NCBI RefSeq assembly: GCF_019464535.1
Contig: NZ_CP080507.1
Coordinates: forward strand, 2,520,001 to 2,552,000
Direction of reading: 5' to 3'
DNA length: 32,000 nucleotides
Origin: Horticoccus luteus
Lineage (GTDB): Bacteria; Verrucomicrobiota; Verrucomicrobiia; Opitutales; Opitutaceae
Position 1 is the first letter of the stretch. The number at the start of each line of letters is the position of its first letter. Shown here in pieces: positions 22,004-32,000 of the stretch. The notes under the pieces are model-generated. The model ran no database searches and was not told the DNA's origin. It saw only the letters and a list, made by a program, of their open reading frames with translations. The position numbers were made by a program, and so were the translations under genes.

Positions 22004-22336
22004 TCACGGGCCGCTGTCGCGTTCCGCCCGGATGTGGGGCGTCGAATCCGAGGTCATCGGCATCGAGCGCATCAACTCCCGGTTTGGCTGATAGGGTTTC
22101 CCGCGGATCACCGGTTTGTAACGCACGATCATCGCCGTCGGCCGGCCGTCGCTCGTGATCACGATTTCCTCTCCGCCCGACGCCCGCTGCAGAAGCGCCG
22201 AAAGTTGGTCCTTCGCCTCGCGAACGCCCAGCACATCACGGCGCAACCCATAGGCTGCCGCATCCTCCCGGATCTGCGCCGCCGCATCCTTCACTTCGGG
22301 ATATTCTTTACCTTTTTCCCGTCCTTTTCTCTTCAT
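22004..22336 (-). CDS. Phd/YefM-type antitoxin (start uncertain)
   Basis: It has a core VREAKDQLSALLQRASGGEEIVITSDGRPTAMIV typical of Phd/YefM antitoxins. The track ORF adds a ~35 aa basic N-terminal extension, so an internal GTG (VLGVREAK) could be the true start. Confidence 0.75.
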   Translation of the reverse strand: MKRKGREKGKEYPEVKDAAAQIREDAAAYGLRRDVLGVREAKDQLSALLQRASGGEEIVITSDGRPTAMIVRYKPVIRGKPYQPNRELMRSMPMTSDSTPHIRAERDSGP

Positions 22337-22366
22337 GCCTCTAATGTGGCCTCATGTAGCCACACG

Positions 22367-23419
22367 TCAAGCTTTCTCCCCTTTCCCTCCCGTCCGCCGC
22401 AGCGTCCAGAGTTGCCTTGCCTGCCCGATGATTTGTTTCAACACGTCCGGCGTCACCGCCTGTTTCGGATCGTCGCCGATCCCTTGATTCGGGCTCACGT
22501 GCGCCTCGATGCAAAGTCCGTCCGCCCCGTAAGCGACCGCGGCCAGCGCGCACGCCGGCACGTAGCTCGCTTTGCCCACGGAGTGCGACGGATCGACGAC
22601 CACCGGCGCCCAGGTCTTTTCTTTCAACAGTGGCGTGATGCTTTCGTCAGGATGGTTGCGATAGCCATCCAGCGTCGGCGCCGTGCCGCGCGGACACAGC
22701 AGAATGTTCGGATTGCCAAATGCCGCGATATATTCCGCCGCCGAGATGAACTCGTTCAGCGGCCCCATGTGCAGTCCGCGCTTCAGCAGCACCACGGTGT
22801 CGCGCTCGGCCACCGCTTTCCCGATCGCGCGCAGCAACGAATAATTCAACGCGTTCCGCGCGCCCACTTGCAGCATGTTGACGCCCGCCGCGAGCGCCAC
22901 GCCGATGTGCTCCTCTTCCATGACTTCCGCGTCGACCGGCAGCCCCGTGCGCCGCGAGGCTTCCATCAGAATATCCAGCGACTTCACATCGCCCTGAAAC
23001 GAATACGGATTCGTGCGCGGCTTCCACACGCCGCCGCGGAGCACGTGCGCGCCCGCCTCTTTCACCGCCGCCGCCGTCTCGTAGAAGAAATTGGGATTCT
23101 TCGGATCGATCGTGCATTGCCCGGCGACGACAAGGAGTTCCTCACCGAGCGTCACGCCACCGATCTTGATCCGGTGACTCGCCAGATCTGAACGCCGGTC
23201 CATCAACTTGAAGGGCGACTGGATGCGGTCGATGCGCTCCACGTAGTCCAGCCCCTCCAGCCGGTTGATCATCAACTCATCCCGCTCATCGCCGACAATC
23301 GCGTAGATCGTCCGCACCGCGCCGATTATCGGCTGAATCTTGCACCCGAATTCACCCGCAATGGCGGTGATCTCGGCGACTTGCTCCGGTGTCAGGCGGT
23401 GGGATTTAGGCAGAATCAT
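22367..23419 (-). CDS. aroF: 3-deoxy-7-phosphoheptulonate (DAHP) synthase, type I-beta with an N-terminal regulatory domain
   Basis: Motifs LRGGVWKPRTNPYSFQG, LQVGARN and VVVDPSHS. There is an N-terminal ~70 aa ferredoxin-like extension. The start is taken at ATG 23419 (MILPKSH). Confidence 0.88.
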   Translation of the reverse strand: MILPKSHRLTPEQVAEITAIAGEFGCKIQPIIGAVRTIYAIVGDERDELMINRLEGLDYVERIDRIQSPFKLMDRRSDLASHRIKIGGVTLGEELLVVAGQCTIDPKNPNFFYETAAAVKEAGAHVLRGGVWKPRTNPYSFQGDVKSLDILMEASRRTGLPVDAEVMEEEHIGVALAAGVNMLQVGARNALNYSLLRAIGKAVAERDTVVLLKRGLHMGPLNEFISAAEYIAAFGNPNILLCPRGTAPTLDGYRNHPDESITPLLKEKTWAPVVVDPSHSVGKASYVPACALAAVAYGADGLCIEAHVSPNQGIGDDPKQAVTPDVLKQIIGQARQLWTLRRTGGKGEKA

Positions 23420-23502
23420 GGCGAAAAGGCCGCCGATTGAAATCACCCTGTCCGCGCGACGCAAAGGCCAAAACCGCCCGCCCGCTCTCCCGCCGCCTCA
23501 CG

Positions 23503-24258
23503 TCACAACGCCTTCTCAAATTCCGCCGGCAGCGGCGCCCGCGCCGCGAAATCCCACGTCCGCCCTTTCCATTCGTAGCGAAAAATCGTCTCCTCCGAAT
23601 GCAGAAACAACCGCTTCGTGCCCATCGCCCGCGCGAACTCCCGGTTGCCGCGAAAGTCGCCATACGTGGCGTCGCCCACGATCGGCAGATGGCGCTTCGC
23701 GCACTGCACGCGCAACTGGTGACTCCGCCCGGTGTGCGGCTCCAGCTTCAACAGCGAACGCTGCGCCGGACCCGGCACGCCGCGCCGCACGAGCGACATT
23801 TGCGTCTCGCACGGAATGTGACCCGCGCCCGTGCGGATCATGCCGCCGCGCCGTTCCACCGTGAGGGTGTCGCGCCAGAACTGGGCGGGAATCGCTGGCG
23901 CGCCAAACACGACCGCGCGGTAAACTTTGCGGATCCGCCGCCGCTTGAACTCCGCGCGAATCTCCTTCGCCAGCGTTTCATCCGCCGCGGCCAGAATCAC
24001 GCCTGACGTTGCCGAATCGAGCCGGTTCAGCAGCCACAACCGCCGCTCAACTCCGCCGTCGTCCCATTGGAAAAACTCGCCGTCGAAATCATAGTGCGCC
24101 GTCAGCAACGAGCGCGGTTCGTCTTCCCGCGTGTTCGGATGCGACAGCACGCCCGCCGGCTTGTTAAACGCCGCCACGCCGTTTTCGTCCACGTGCAGCA
24201 GCATCACGTTCCGCCCCAGCGGCAGTCCCGCCCGGAAGCTCTCGCCGAGCTCCTTCAC
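23503..24258 (-). CDS. RluA-family pseudouridine synthase
   Basis: Catalytic motif LNRLDSATSGVILAA and a GRSHQLRVQCA motif. The GTG start overlaps the upstream stop (24255-24258). Confidence 0.85.
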   Translation of the reverse strand: MKELGESFRAGLPLGRNVMLLHVDENGVAAFNKPAGVLSHPNTREDEPRSLLTAHYDFDGEFFQWDDGGVERRLWLLNRLDSATSGVILAAADETLAKEIRAEFKRRRIRKVYRAVVFGAPAIPAQFWRDTLTVERRGGMIRTGAGHIPCETQMSLVRRGVPGPAQRSLLKLEPHTGRSHQLRVQCAKRHLPIVGDATYGDFRGNREFARAMGTKRLFLHSEETIFRYEWKGRTWDFAARAPLPAEFEKAL

Positions 24259-25370
24259 TGATAGTAAAACGAGAACGTCATCTCCTGCTCCTGGCCGAGG
24301 ATCGCCACCATGTCATCGGTCCACTTGCCATACGGCGCCCGCGAGGTGATCGCACTTGTGCACGCCGCCGCCGCCTGCTGCGTCGAGTGACTGTCGACAT
24401 TCACGATCCGCGAGATCGCGCCGTCGGTGTTCATGATAAATTTCACCGTCACCATGCTGCCTGACGGCGGATAGATGCGGCTCTCGCTCAGAATCCGGTC
24501 CCACTGAATCTGCACGGTCTCGATCATCTTTTGCAGATACGCGCCGTAATTGCTGAACTCCGCGCTGACTCCGATCAGGCCGATGTTTTGCGTGCCGAAT
24601 TTGTTCTCGGTGAAAATCGCCGGTCGCGTCGACGGCGCCTGCACGAGGCTCGGCCGCGGCTGCGGCCGCTTCGGGTCGATCACCGGCCGCGTGGCGGTCG
24701 CGTCTTGGATGAGCGGCACGTCCTTCATGCCCTCCACCTTGTTGGGCACGGCCTTCGCATTAGGCGCGAACTTTGCGATATTCGAGCCCAGGCCCGATTC
24801 GTCATCCCCTTCCTTCTTCTCGAATCCGGACAAGGGAGTCTGCTCCAGCGCCGGCGGTTTTTCCACCTCCTGCGTCGGCGGAGTTTCGGGTTGCGGCGCC
24901 GAGGGCACGCGTTCCGACGGCGGCACGAGGCGCCCATCCACGATCTGCGTGGTTTTGATCTCCGTCTGGCCCTCGATCGCCGGCATGTCGTTCTTCCCGT
25001 TCGGCGTCGGTTTCTCCTGTGCCACTTGCTGATTTTGCGCGGCGAAATTATTCGTCTTGTCGGGCACGTTGTCCGGCGCATCTGGATTCGCTTCCACGAA
25101 CTTCTTCGGCGGCGGCTTCGCTTCCTTTTGCGGCATCTTGAATTCCTCCGGCGCGAGCTGGATGTTGAACTCCGGGCGCGGCTTTTCGTGTCGCGGAAAC
25201 GTAATCGCTGGCGCCCGAAACGCCCGGGCTCCGCAAAACAAGAGCAAGTGCACCAGCAGGGTGCCGATGATCCCGATCTGCAGCGAACGCGTCTCCGGAT
25301 CGGACGACCAGCGCGGCACCGGAAAGCGGCGCCGGCGGCGACGGGAAGGAGGTTCGAGCGTTTGGGTCAT
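24255..25370 (-). CDS. Membrane-anchored Pro-rich protein with a TonB-C-like domain
   Basis: It has an N-terminal Arg-rich segment and a TM helix (IGIIGTLLVHLLLFCG), a long Pro/Lys/Glu-rich spacer, and a C-terminal YPPSGSMVTVKFIMNTDGAISRIVNV pattern resembling TonB C-terminal domains. Confidence 0.5.
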   Translation of the reverse strand: MTQTLEPPSRRRRRRFPVPRWSSDPETRSLQIGIIGTLLVHLLLFCGARAFRAPAITFPRHEKPRPEFNIQLAPEEFKMPQKEAKPPPKKFVEANPDAPDNVPDKTNNFAAQNQQVAQEKPTPNGKNDMPAIEGQTEIKTTQIVDGRLVPPSERVPSAPQPETPPTQEVEKPPALEQTPLSGFEKKEGDDESGLGSNIAKFAPNAKAVPNKVEGMKDVPLIQDATATRPVIDPKRPQPRPSLVQAPSTRPAIFTENKFGTQNIGLIGVSAEFSNYGAYLQKMIETVQIQWDRILSESRIYPPSGSMVTVKFIMNTDGAISRIVNVDSHSTQQAAAACTSAITSRAPYGKWTDDMVAILGQEQEMTFSFYYQ

Positions 25371-25390
25371 CCGGAGAAGAGCGTTACAAC

Positions 25391-25972
25391 TCAGCCGAGG
25401 AGACCGAGCTTCGTCAAAATTTGTTTCGTCGCTTCGACCGGCAAACCCACAATATTCGTATACGAGCCCGTGTAGCCCGCCACGATCATCTCGCCGTGCT
25501 CCTGAATGGCATACCCACCGGCCTTGTCGCGGGGGTCCACCTTGCCGAGATAGGCGTCGATCGCGGCCTCATCGAGCGGGCGAAACGTCACCTCCGTGGC
25601 CACGCCCTCATCCAGGCGCAACCCCGTCGCCGCGCACCGCACCGCGAGTCCCGTAAATACCGTGTGCGTTTTCCCACTGAGCCGCTGCAACATCTTCCGC
25701 GCGTCACCGATGTCCATCGGCTTGTTCAGCACCGTGCCGTCGATGAACACCGTCGTGTCGGCCCCGAGCACCACCGCCTCCGGATGCACCGCCGCCACCC
25801 AGTCCGCCTTCAACGCCGCATTATGCGCCACCATCTCCCGCGGATCAGTCGCCGGATCCTCGTGCTCAGTCACCCGCGCGACCTCGATGAGAAACGTCGC
25901 CCCCAGCTGCGCCAGCAACTGCTTCCGGCGAGGCGAGGCGGAGGCGAGGATCAACGTGCGCGGAGTGGACAT
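25391..25972 (-). CDS. maf: Maf-family nucleoside triphosphate pyrophosphatase
   Basis: Motifs LILASASPRRKQLL, DTTVFIDG and AGGYAIQE. The start is taken at ATG 25972 (MSTPRT); an alternative GTG lies at 26008. Confidence 0.9.
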   Translation of the reverse strand: MSTPRTLILASASPRRKQLLAQLGATFLIEVARVTEHEDPATDPREMVAHNAALKADWVAAVHPEAVVLGADTTVFIDGTVLNKPMDIGDARKMLQRLSGKTHTVFTGLAVRCAATGLRLDEGVATEVTFRPLDEAAIDAYLGKVDPRDKAGGYAIQEHGEMIVAGYTGSYTNIVGLPVEATKQILTKLGLLG

Positions 25973-26175
25973 AAAGGGCGGGCCTGCATCAGTGCGTTCG
26001 CCGCCCACGTCAACGCCCCGCGCTCCGAAATCAAGGATGCTTTGAAACGCCGCCCGGCTCCACCTGCGTGACTTCCGCGATCACCCGCGGGCCAACGTTC
26101 GATGATGCGTCCGCGGTTGATCCGGCGCTGCAGCCAATAAAACGGGATCCGACGCCGAAAAAGCGCGTTTCGCGT

Positions 26176-26967
26176 TCAGTTCACTCCGACCGTCGCTTGA
26201 CGCCGCCGACGCACGATGACCAATCCCGCAACGAAGAGTCCCGCCAGCATCACGGCCATCGTGCTACTCTCCGGCACCGGTGAAATCGCACTGGCCGTGA
26301 ACGCAAAATCGGTGCCTTGCTCATCTCCCGAAATCGCGGCCAGCGTGCCCAGGTTTTGTCCTGCGGAGTATCCGCTGGAGTAAAGCGCGTAGGCCGTCCC
26401 GCCAGCGTAATAATCCGGACTGCCCGGACCGTAGAGCGATTTTTCCAACGCAATGCCATTCGCCGCCGAAAAACCGTTGCCGAAGAACGTCAGCCCATAG
26501 ACCCGGGAACTATCCAGCACGTAGTTGCTGAGATCGAACGTCACATCGAAATAGCGGGCCACGTTGAAACCGTAGTCAGTCAAGGGCGACGTCAGCGTGG
26601 GGACGGAGGTCCAGCTACTGGCGTCGGCCAAACTCGCCTGCCCCGAGGCGATTGAGCTCTGGAGGGTGCTCGTTGCACCCGTCGCATTGCTCCACTCACC
26701 GAAAACGTAATCCACCGTGCCCGGCCCAAACGAGATGGAGTTCACCCCTGCCGACAAGAAACGAAACGTAATCGTGTCGATGCCACTGATGCCCGAAAAA
26801 GTCTGCGTCAGCGCGATATCATTCGCCAGCGCCCCTGCATAACCGGTGGCCAGCAAATCCGTTCCCTGCATCGTATCCCCGGTTAATACTTGGCCGCGCG
26901 CCGCTCCAATCAGGGCGCTGCAAAGCGAGGCCACGAGGCAACCGCGACGGATCAGTGCGAATTTCAT
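26176..26967 (-). CDS. PEP-CTERM sorting-domain protein
   Basis: It has an N-terminal signal peptide (MKFALIRRGCLVASLCSALIGAARG). The C-terminal VPESSTMAVMLAGLFVAGLVIVRRRR gives a PEP-like motif, a TM helix and a basic tail. Confidence 0.8.
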   Translation of the reverse strand: MKFALIRRGCLVASLCSALIGAARGQVLTGDTMQGTDLLATGYAGALANDIALTQTFSGISGIDTITFRFLSAGVNSISFGPGTVDYVFGEWSNATGATSTLQSSIASGQASLADASSWTSVPTLTSPLTDYGFNVARYFDVTFDLSNYVLDSSRVYGLTFFGNGFSAANGIALEKSLYGPGSPDYYAGGTAYALYSSGYSAGQNLGTLAAISGDEQGTDFAFTASAISPVPESSTMAVMLAGLFVAGLVIVRRRRQATVGVN

Positions 26968-27082
26968 CCGACCGTGATCGCAACGGTTGCAACTAAAGCA
27001 AGTGAGTAGTTCGCCCTAGTTGCGGCCGCCTTGCGAGTTGTCAGCCTGCGCAAAGCCCTTCACGTTGCCCGATCTCTTCGTC

Positions 27083-28732
27083 ATGCGCATCGGTTTGGCC
27101 CAGCTTAATCCCACCGTCGGCGATCTCGCCGGCAACGCCCGTAAAATCCTCGCCGTTTATCGTCAGCTCGTGACGCAAGGCGCGGAGCTCATCGTCTTTC
27201 CGGAGCTCGCCGTCTGCGGTTACCCTCCGCGCGACCTGCTCTTTAAGCGCCGTTTCGTCTCGGACGTCGAGGAAACCCTCCGCGGGCTCGCCGCTGAAAT
27301 CGGCGAAGTGCCCGCCGTCATCGGCACCGTCACGAAAAACGTCTCCGGCTCCGGCCGCCCGTTTTTTAACACCGCCGCGTTCTGCCACCGTGGCGTGATC
27401 CCCGTCAACGCGCACAAGTGCCTGCTGCCGACTTACGACGTGTTCGACGAGGATCGCTACTTCGAACCCGCGCCCGGCCCCACCGTCGTCGCCCACAACG
27501 GCCACCGCATCGGCATCACCATTTGCGAAGACATCTGGACGCACCCGATGATCAACACCCGCCAGCTCTACCGCGGCGTGTCGCCCATGAACCAGCTCGT
27601 CGCGCAAAAGTGCGATCTCATGGTCAACCTCTCCGCGAGTCCCTGGCACTACGACAAAGGCCGCGTGCGTCACGCCCTCGTCACCGATGCCGCCCGCGCC
27701 CTCGGCTGCCCCGTCGTTTACGTCAACGCCGTCGGCGGCAATGACGAACTCATCTTCGACGGCCGCAGCCTCGCCGCCGATCCCGCCGGCCGCGTCACCC
27801 TCGGCCTCGCCGCCTTCCGCGAAGAAACCGCCGTCATCGACACCGCCGCGCCTTCCACCACGCCCGTCACCGCGCCGACATTTTCCCAGCCCGAACTCGC
27901 CAACATCTACGACGCCCTCGTCCTCGGCCTTCGCGATTACGCGCACAAGAGCGGCTTCAAACGCGCCCTCATCGCCCTCTCCGGCGGCATCGATTCCGCC
28001 CTCGTCGCCGTGCTCGCCCGCGAAGCGTTCGGCGCCGAAAATCTCCTCGGCGTCTCCCTCCCGTCCGCCATTTCCTCGCAACACTCCCGCGACGACGCCC
28101 GCGTGCTCGCCGAAAACCTCGGCATCCGCTTTGAAACGATCGCCATCGCCGACGCCGTCGCTGCAACCGAATCCGCCCTTGGCCCCATCTTCGCCGATCG
28201 CCCGCGCGACGTGACCGAGGAAAACATCCAGGCCCGCATCCGCGGCGTCCTCATGATGGCGCTCTCCAACAAATTCGGCTCCCTCCTGCTCACGACCGGC
28301 AACAAGAGCGAAGTCGCCGTCGGGTATTGCACGCTCTACGGCGACATGGCCGGCGGGCTCGCCGTGATCTCCGACGTCTTCAAGACCCAGGTTTACGCCC
28401 TTTCCCGCTGGATCAACCGCGACCGCGAAATCATCCCGCGCCACACCATCGAGAAAGCCCCCTCGGCCGAATTGCGCCCCGATCAAGTCGATCAAGACAG
28501 CCTGCCGCCCTATGAAATCCTCGACGCGATTTTGAAGGGTTACGTGGAGGAGGGACTCTCGCGGCGCGACCTCGTCGAGCGCGGCTTCGTCGAAGCGGTC
28601 GTCAACGACATCGCGCGCAAAGTCGACCTCAACGAATACAAGCGCAAGCAAGCCGCCCCCGGCCTGAAAATCACGCCCCTCGCCTTCGGCGTCGGCCGCC
28701 GCATCCCCATCGTCCAAAAATACGTGAGCTGA
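27083..28732 (+). CDS. nadE: Glutamine-dependent NAD+ synthetase
   Basis: N-terminal CN-hydrolase domain ([10 protein letters not shown]...[11 protein letters not shown]...ICEDIW) and C-terminal NAD synthetase domain (LSGGIDSA P-loop). The start is at ATG 27083. Confidence 0.92.
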   Translation: MRIGLAQLNPTVGDLAGNARKILAVYRQLVTQGAELIVFPELAVCGYPPRDLLFKRRFVSDVEETLRGLAAEIGEVPAVIGTVTKNVSGSGRPFFNTAAFCHRGVIPVNAHKCLLPTYDVFDEDRYFEPAPGPTVVAHNGHRIGITICEDIWTHPMINTRQLYRGVSPMNQLVAQKCDLMVNLSASPWHYDKGRVRHALVTDAARALGCPVVYVNAVGGNDELIFDGRSLAADPAGRVTLGLAAFREETAVIDTAAPSTTPVTAPTFSQPELANIYDALVLGLRDYAHKSGFKRALIALSGGIDSALVAVLAREAFGAENLLGVSLPSAISSQHSRDDARVLAENLGIRFETIAIADAVAATESALGPIFADRPRDVTEENIQARIRGVLMMALSNKFGSLLLTTGNKSEVAVGYCTLYGDMAGGLAVISDVFKTQVYALSRWINRDREIIPRHTIEKAPSAELRPDQVDQDSLPPYEILDAILKGYVEEGLSRRDLVERGFVEAVVNDIARKVDLNEYKRKQAAPGLKITPLAFGVGRRIPIVQKYVS

Positions 28733-28879
28733 AGTCAGCCTGCGCGTTTCCCTTTCATTTCCATCTCCGACCAGCCCGACCGTTGCGTCGCAAACGTCGG
28801 CTGTCGCGACAAACTCGAGTGGAAACGCTTTGCGCGCATCAGAAAGATGAGCGCCAATGGCCGAAAATCAGCGGTTAAA

Positions 28880-30157
<1,278 letters not shown>

Positions 30158-30184
30158 TTCAATCCCCGCCCACCTAGTCCATCG

Positions 30185-31924
30185 ATGCGCCGCCTGATCA
30201 CTGCCTTTTTTCTCTGCTGTCTCGTTCCCGCCTTTTCATCCGCTCAGGCCGCGCAACCCGTTTCACCCGCCCTCATGCCCCTCGACGCGGTTCGCGCCGG
30301 CATGAAGGGCGAGGTCTGGACCGTCTTCCAAGGCACGCAACCCGAGCCGTTCACCGTCGAAGTCGCCGGCGTCGTCCGCAACGCCCTCGGCCCCGGCAAA
30401 TCCCTCATCCTCTGCCGCCTCACCGATCCGCGCGTGCAAAACATGGGCGCCGTCGCCGGTATGAGCGGCAGCCCGCTCTACATCGACGGCCAGCTCGCGG
30501 GCGCGCTCAGTTACCAGATCCAACGCTTCGAGACCGTCCACTACGCCGGTTTCACGCCCGCGTCCGATCTCGCTGAAGTCGGCGCCAAATCCAGCTCGCC
30601 CGGCCTCTCGCCCACGCCCGTCGCCTACGATTCGCCCCGCGGCAGTTATCAACCGCTCCGTCCGGTCTTCACGATCAGCGGGCTCAGCCCGCAAGTCGCC
30701 GATCTTTTCGCCCCGCGCCTCGCCGCCCTCGGGCTCTCCGCCGCTTCGCTCGGCGGCAGCACGACCGCCGCAGATCCCGCCGCGCCCGTCACCCCGCTCA
30801 AGCCCGGCTCCGCCGTCGCCGTCGCCGTGGCGACCGGCGATGTCACGCTCGCGGCGACCGGCAGCGTTTCCCGCCTCGACGGCCGCCACGTCACGGCGTT
30901 CGGTCATCCGCTGCTCACCCTCGGCGATGTCGCACTCCCCATGTGCTCCGCCGAAGTCGTCGCGATTCTGCCTTCGAACCTTCAGTCGATCAAAGTCGCC
31001 AACACCGGCCGCGTCATCGGCACGATTTCCCAGGATCGCCTCTCCGCCGTCTCCGGCACTCTCGGCGCCGGCCCCGACATGATCGCGGTCGACGTCAATG
31101 TCGGCGGCGAAGGCACCACCGCGCGCAAGCTCCACTTCGCGGTCGCGCGTCAACAACAACTCACGCCCACGCTCATCGCGACCGGCGTCACGCAGGCCAT
31201 TCTCGGTTCCAACGACGCCGGCCTCGCCAACGGGTTTCGCCTTCGCAGCAACATCACTTTCGCCGCCCACCAGTCCCTCACCCGCCAATCCCTCTACGCC
31301 GGCCCCCAAGGTTTCGCCCAAGGCCTCAACGACTTCGTCCAAGGCCTCGCCGCCAACCTTCAGAACCCCTACCTGAAAACGTTTCCCGACCACGTGGAGT
31401 TCAACGTCGAGCCCCTCGCCGAAAACCCCGCCATCACGCTCGACCTCTTCCAGCTCTCCCGCACCACCGCGCGCGCCGGCGAAACCGTCACCGCCACCCT
31501 CGCGTGGCGCGACTTTCAAGGCGCCGCCCATCGCCAGACGATCGACGTTCCCATCGACTCCGCCTGGGTCGGTAAAACCCTCGATGTCGTCCTCCTCCCC
31601 GGCCACAACCTCGACGAACTTTCCGGCCGCTCGCGCACGCTCCTCGCCGCCCAACTCCGCAGCTTCAACGCCTACCTCGCCGCCATGCGCGAAGACCGCG
31701 AGGCCGACGGCGTTTACCTCGCCGTCCTCGAAAAAGGCCGCGTCTTCACCGACGAAACCCAAAGCACCACCGACCTTCCCGGCTCCTTCGAACGCATCGC
31801 GCGCACCGCCGACGAAACGCGTTTCCAAAACCGCGACGCCCTCGTGCCGCTCTGGGAAAAACATCTCCTTCCCGGCAAGCTCACCGGCTCCGCCTACCGT
31901 CGCACGCTCCAGGTCGTCGAGTGA
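30185..31924 (+). CDS. Secreted SpoIVB/S55-like serine peptidase domain protein
   Basis: It has a signal peptide (MRRLITAFFLCCLVPAFSSAQA) and a GAVAGMSGSPLYIDGQLAGALSY motif resembling the catalytic-serine region of peptidase family S55. Confidence 0.6.
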   Translation: MRRLITAFFLCCLVPAFSSAQAAQPVSPALMPLDAVRAGMKGEVWTVFQGTQPEPFTVEVAGVVRNALGPGKSLILCRLTDPRVQNMGAVAGMSGSPLYIDGQLAGALSYQIQRFETVHYAGFTPASDLAEVGAKSSSPGLSPTPVAYDSPRGSYQPLRPVFTISGLSPQVADLFAPRLAALGLSAASLGGSTTAADPAAPVTPLKPGSAVAVAVATGDVTLAATGSVSRLDGRHVTAFGHPLLTLGDVALPMCSAEVVAILPSNLQSIKVANTGRVIGTISQDRLSAVSGTLGAGPDMIAVDVNVGGEGTTARKLHFAVARQQQLTPTLIATGVTQAILGSNDAGLANGFRLRSNITFAAHQSLTRQSLYAGPQGFAQGLNDFVQGLAANLQNPYLKTFPDHVEFNVEPLAENPAITLDLFQLSRTTARAGETVTATLAWRDFQGAAHRQTIDVPIDSAWVGKTLDVVLLPGHNLDELSGRSRTLLAAQLRSFNAYLAAMREDREADGVYLAVLEKGRVFTDETQSTTDLPGSFERIARTADETRFQNRDALVPLWEKHLLPGKLTGSAYRRTLQVVE

Positions 31925-32000
31925 CGCCCCGGCGTCCGTCCTTTCTCTTCATGCCCTCTTTCTTTCGCGCCTCGCTCGCGTCCCTCGTCCTCGGTGTTTC

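Noticed and set aside
26100-26175. A possible intrinsic terminator after the PEP-CTERM gene (minus strand CGCG-aaa-CGCG followed by cTTTTT).
   Set aside because: The 4 bp stem is below what I would accept without a folding calculation.
31951-32000. An ATG at 31951 followed by MPSFFRASLASLVLGV, possibly the signal peptide of the next gene.
   Set aside because: Only 16 codons are in the window, which is too little to support a call.

Overview
High-GC bacterial chromosome segment. Hand counts of core lines give about 70% G+C, for example 42/60 at 1-60. The gene content (PEP-CTERM protein, ExbB/ExbD/TonB, GH2 beta-galactosidase, RAYT-like HUH transposases) suggests a Verrucomicrobiota/Opitutales-like organism, but this is inference only. 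Most of the window is ordinary housekeeping: a CUT2-type sugar ABC importer (1-3605), exbB-exbD-tonB, a PfkB-like kinase, tmk, holB, lacZ-like GH2, an alpha/beta hydrolase, mutS, a vapBC pair, DAHP synthase, an RluA-family synthase, maf, nadE, hemL and an S55-like peptidase. The exception is a mosaic accessory island of about 6.1 kb (3606-9729) wedged between the ABC operon and a tRNA-Ala(GGC) gene. From the tRNA side the island contains: (i) an N-terminally truncated Rhs-family toxin cassette, made of a core tail, a Gly/Ala hydrophobic linker and an unassigned ~180 aa C-terminal domain with a His...Cys motif pair, with an ATGA-coupled signal-peptide-bearing immunity candidate; (ii) a ~140 bp repeat that is a truncated 5' end of a RAYT-like gene; (iii) an intact RAYT-like HUH transposase gene bracketed by inverted copies of a ~25 nt motif; (iv) an IS481-like element with ~45 bp terminal inverted repeats and a twice-frameshifted transposase; (v) a strongly AT-rich two-gene cassette of unknown function; (vi) a second copy of the ~140 bp repeat. 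The best candidates for something undescribed are the Rhs C-terminal domain with its immunity pair and the AT-rich cassette. A second oddity is that the last ABC permease is fused in frame, with no stop codon, to the periplasmic sugar-binding protein. No CRISPR array, rRNA or prophage structural genes were seen.
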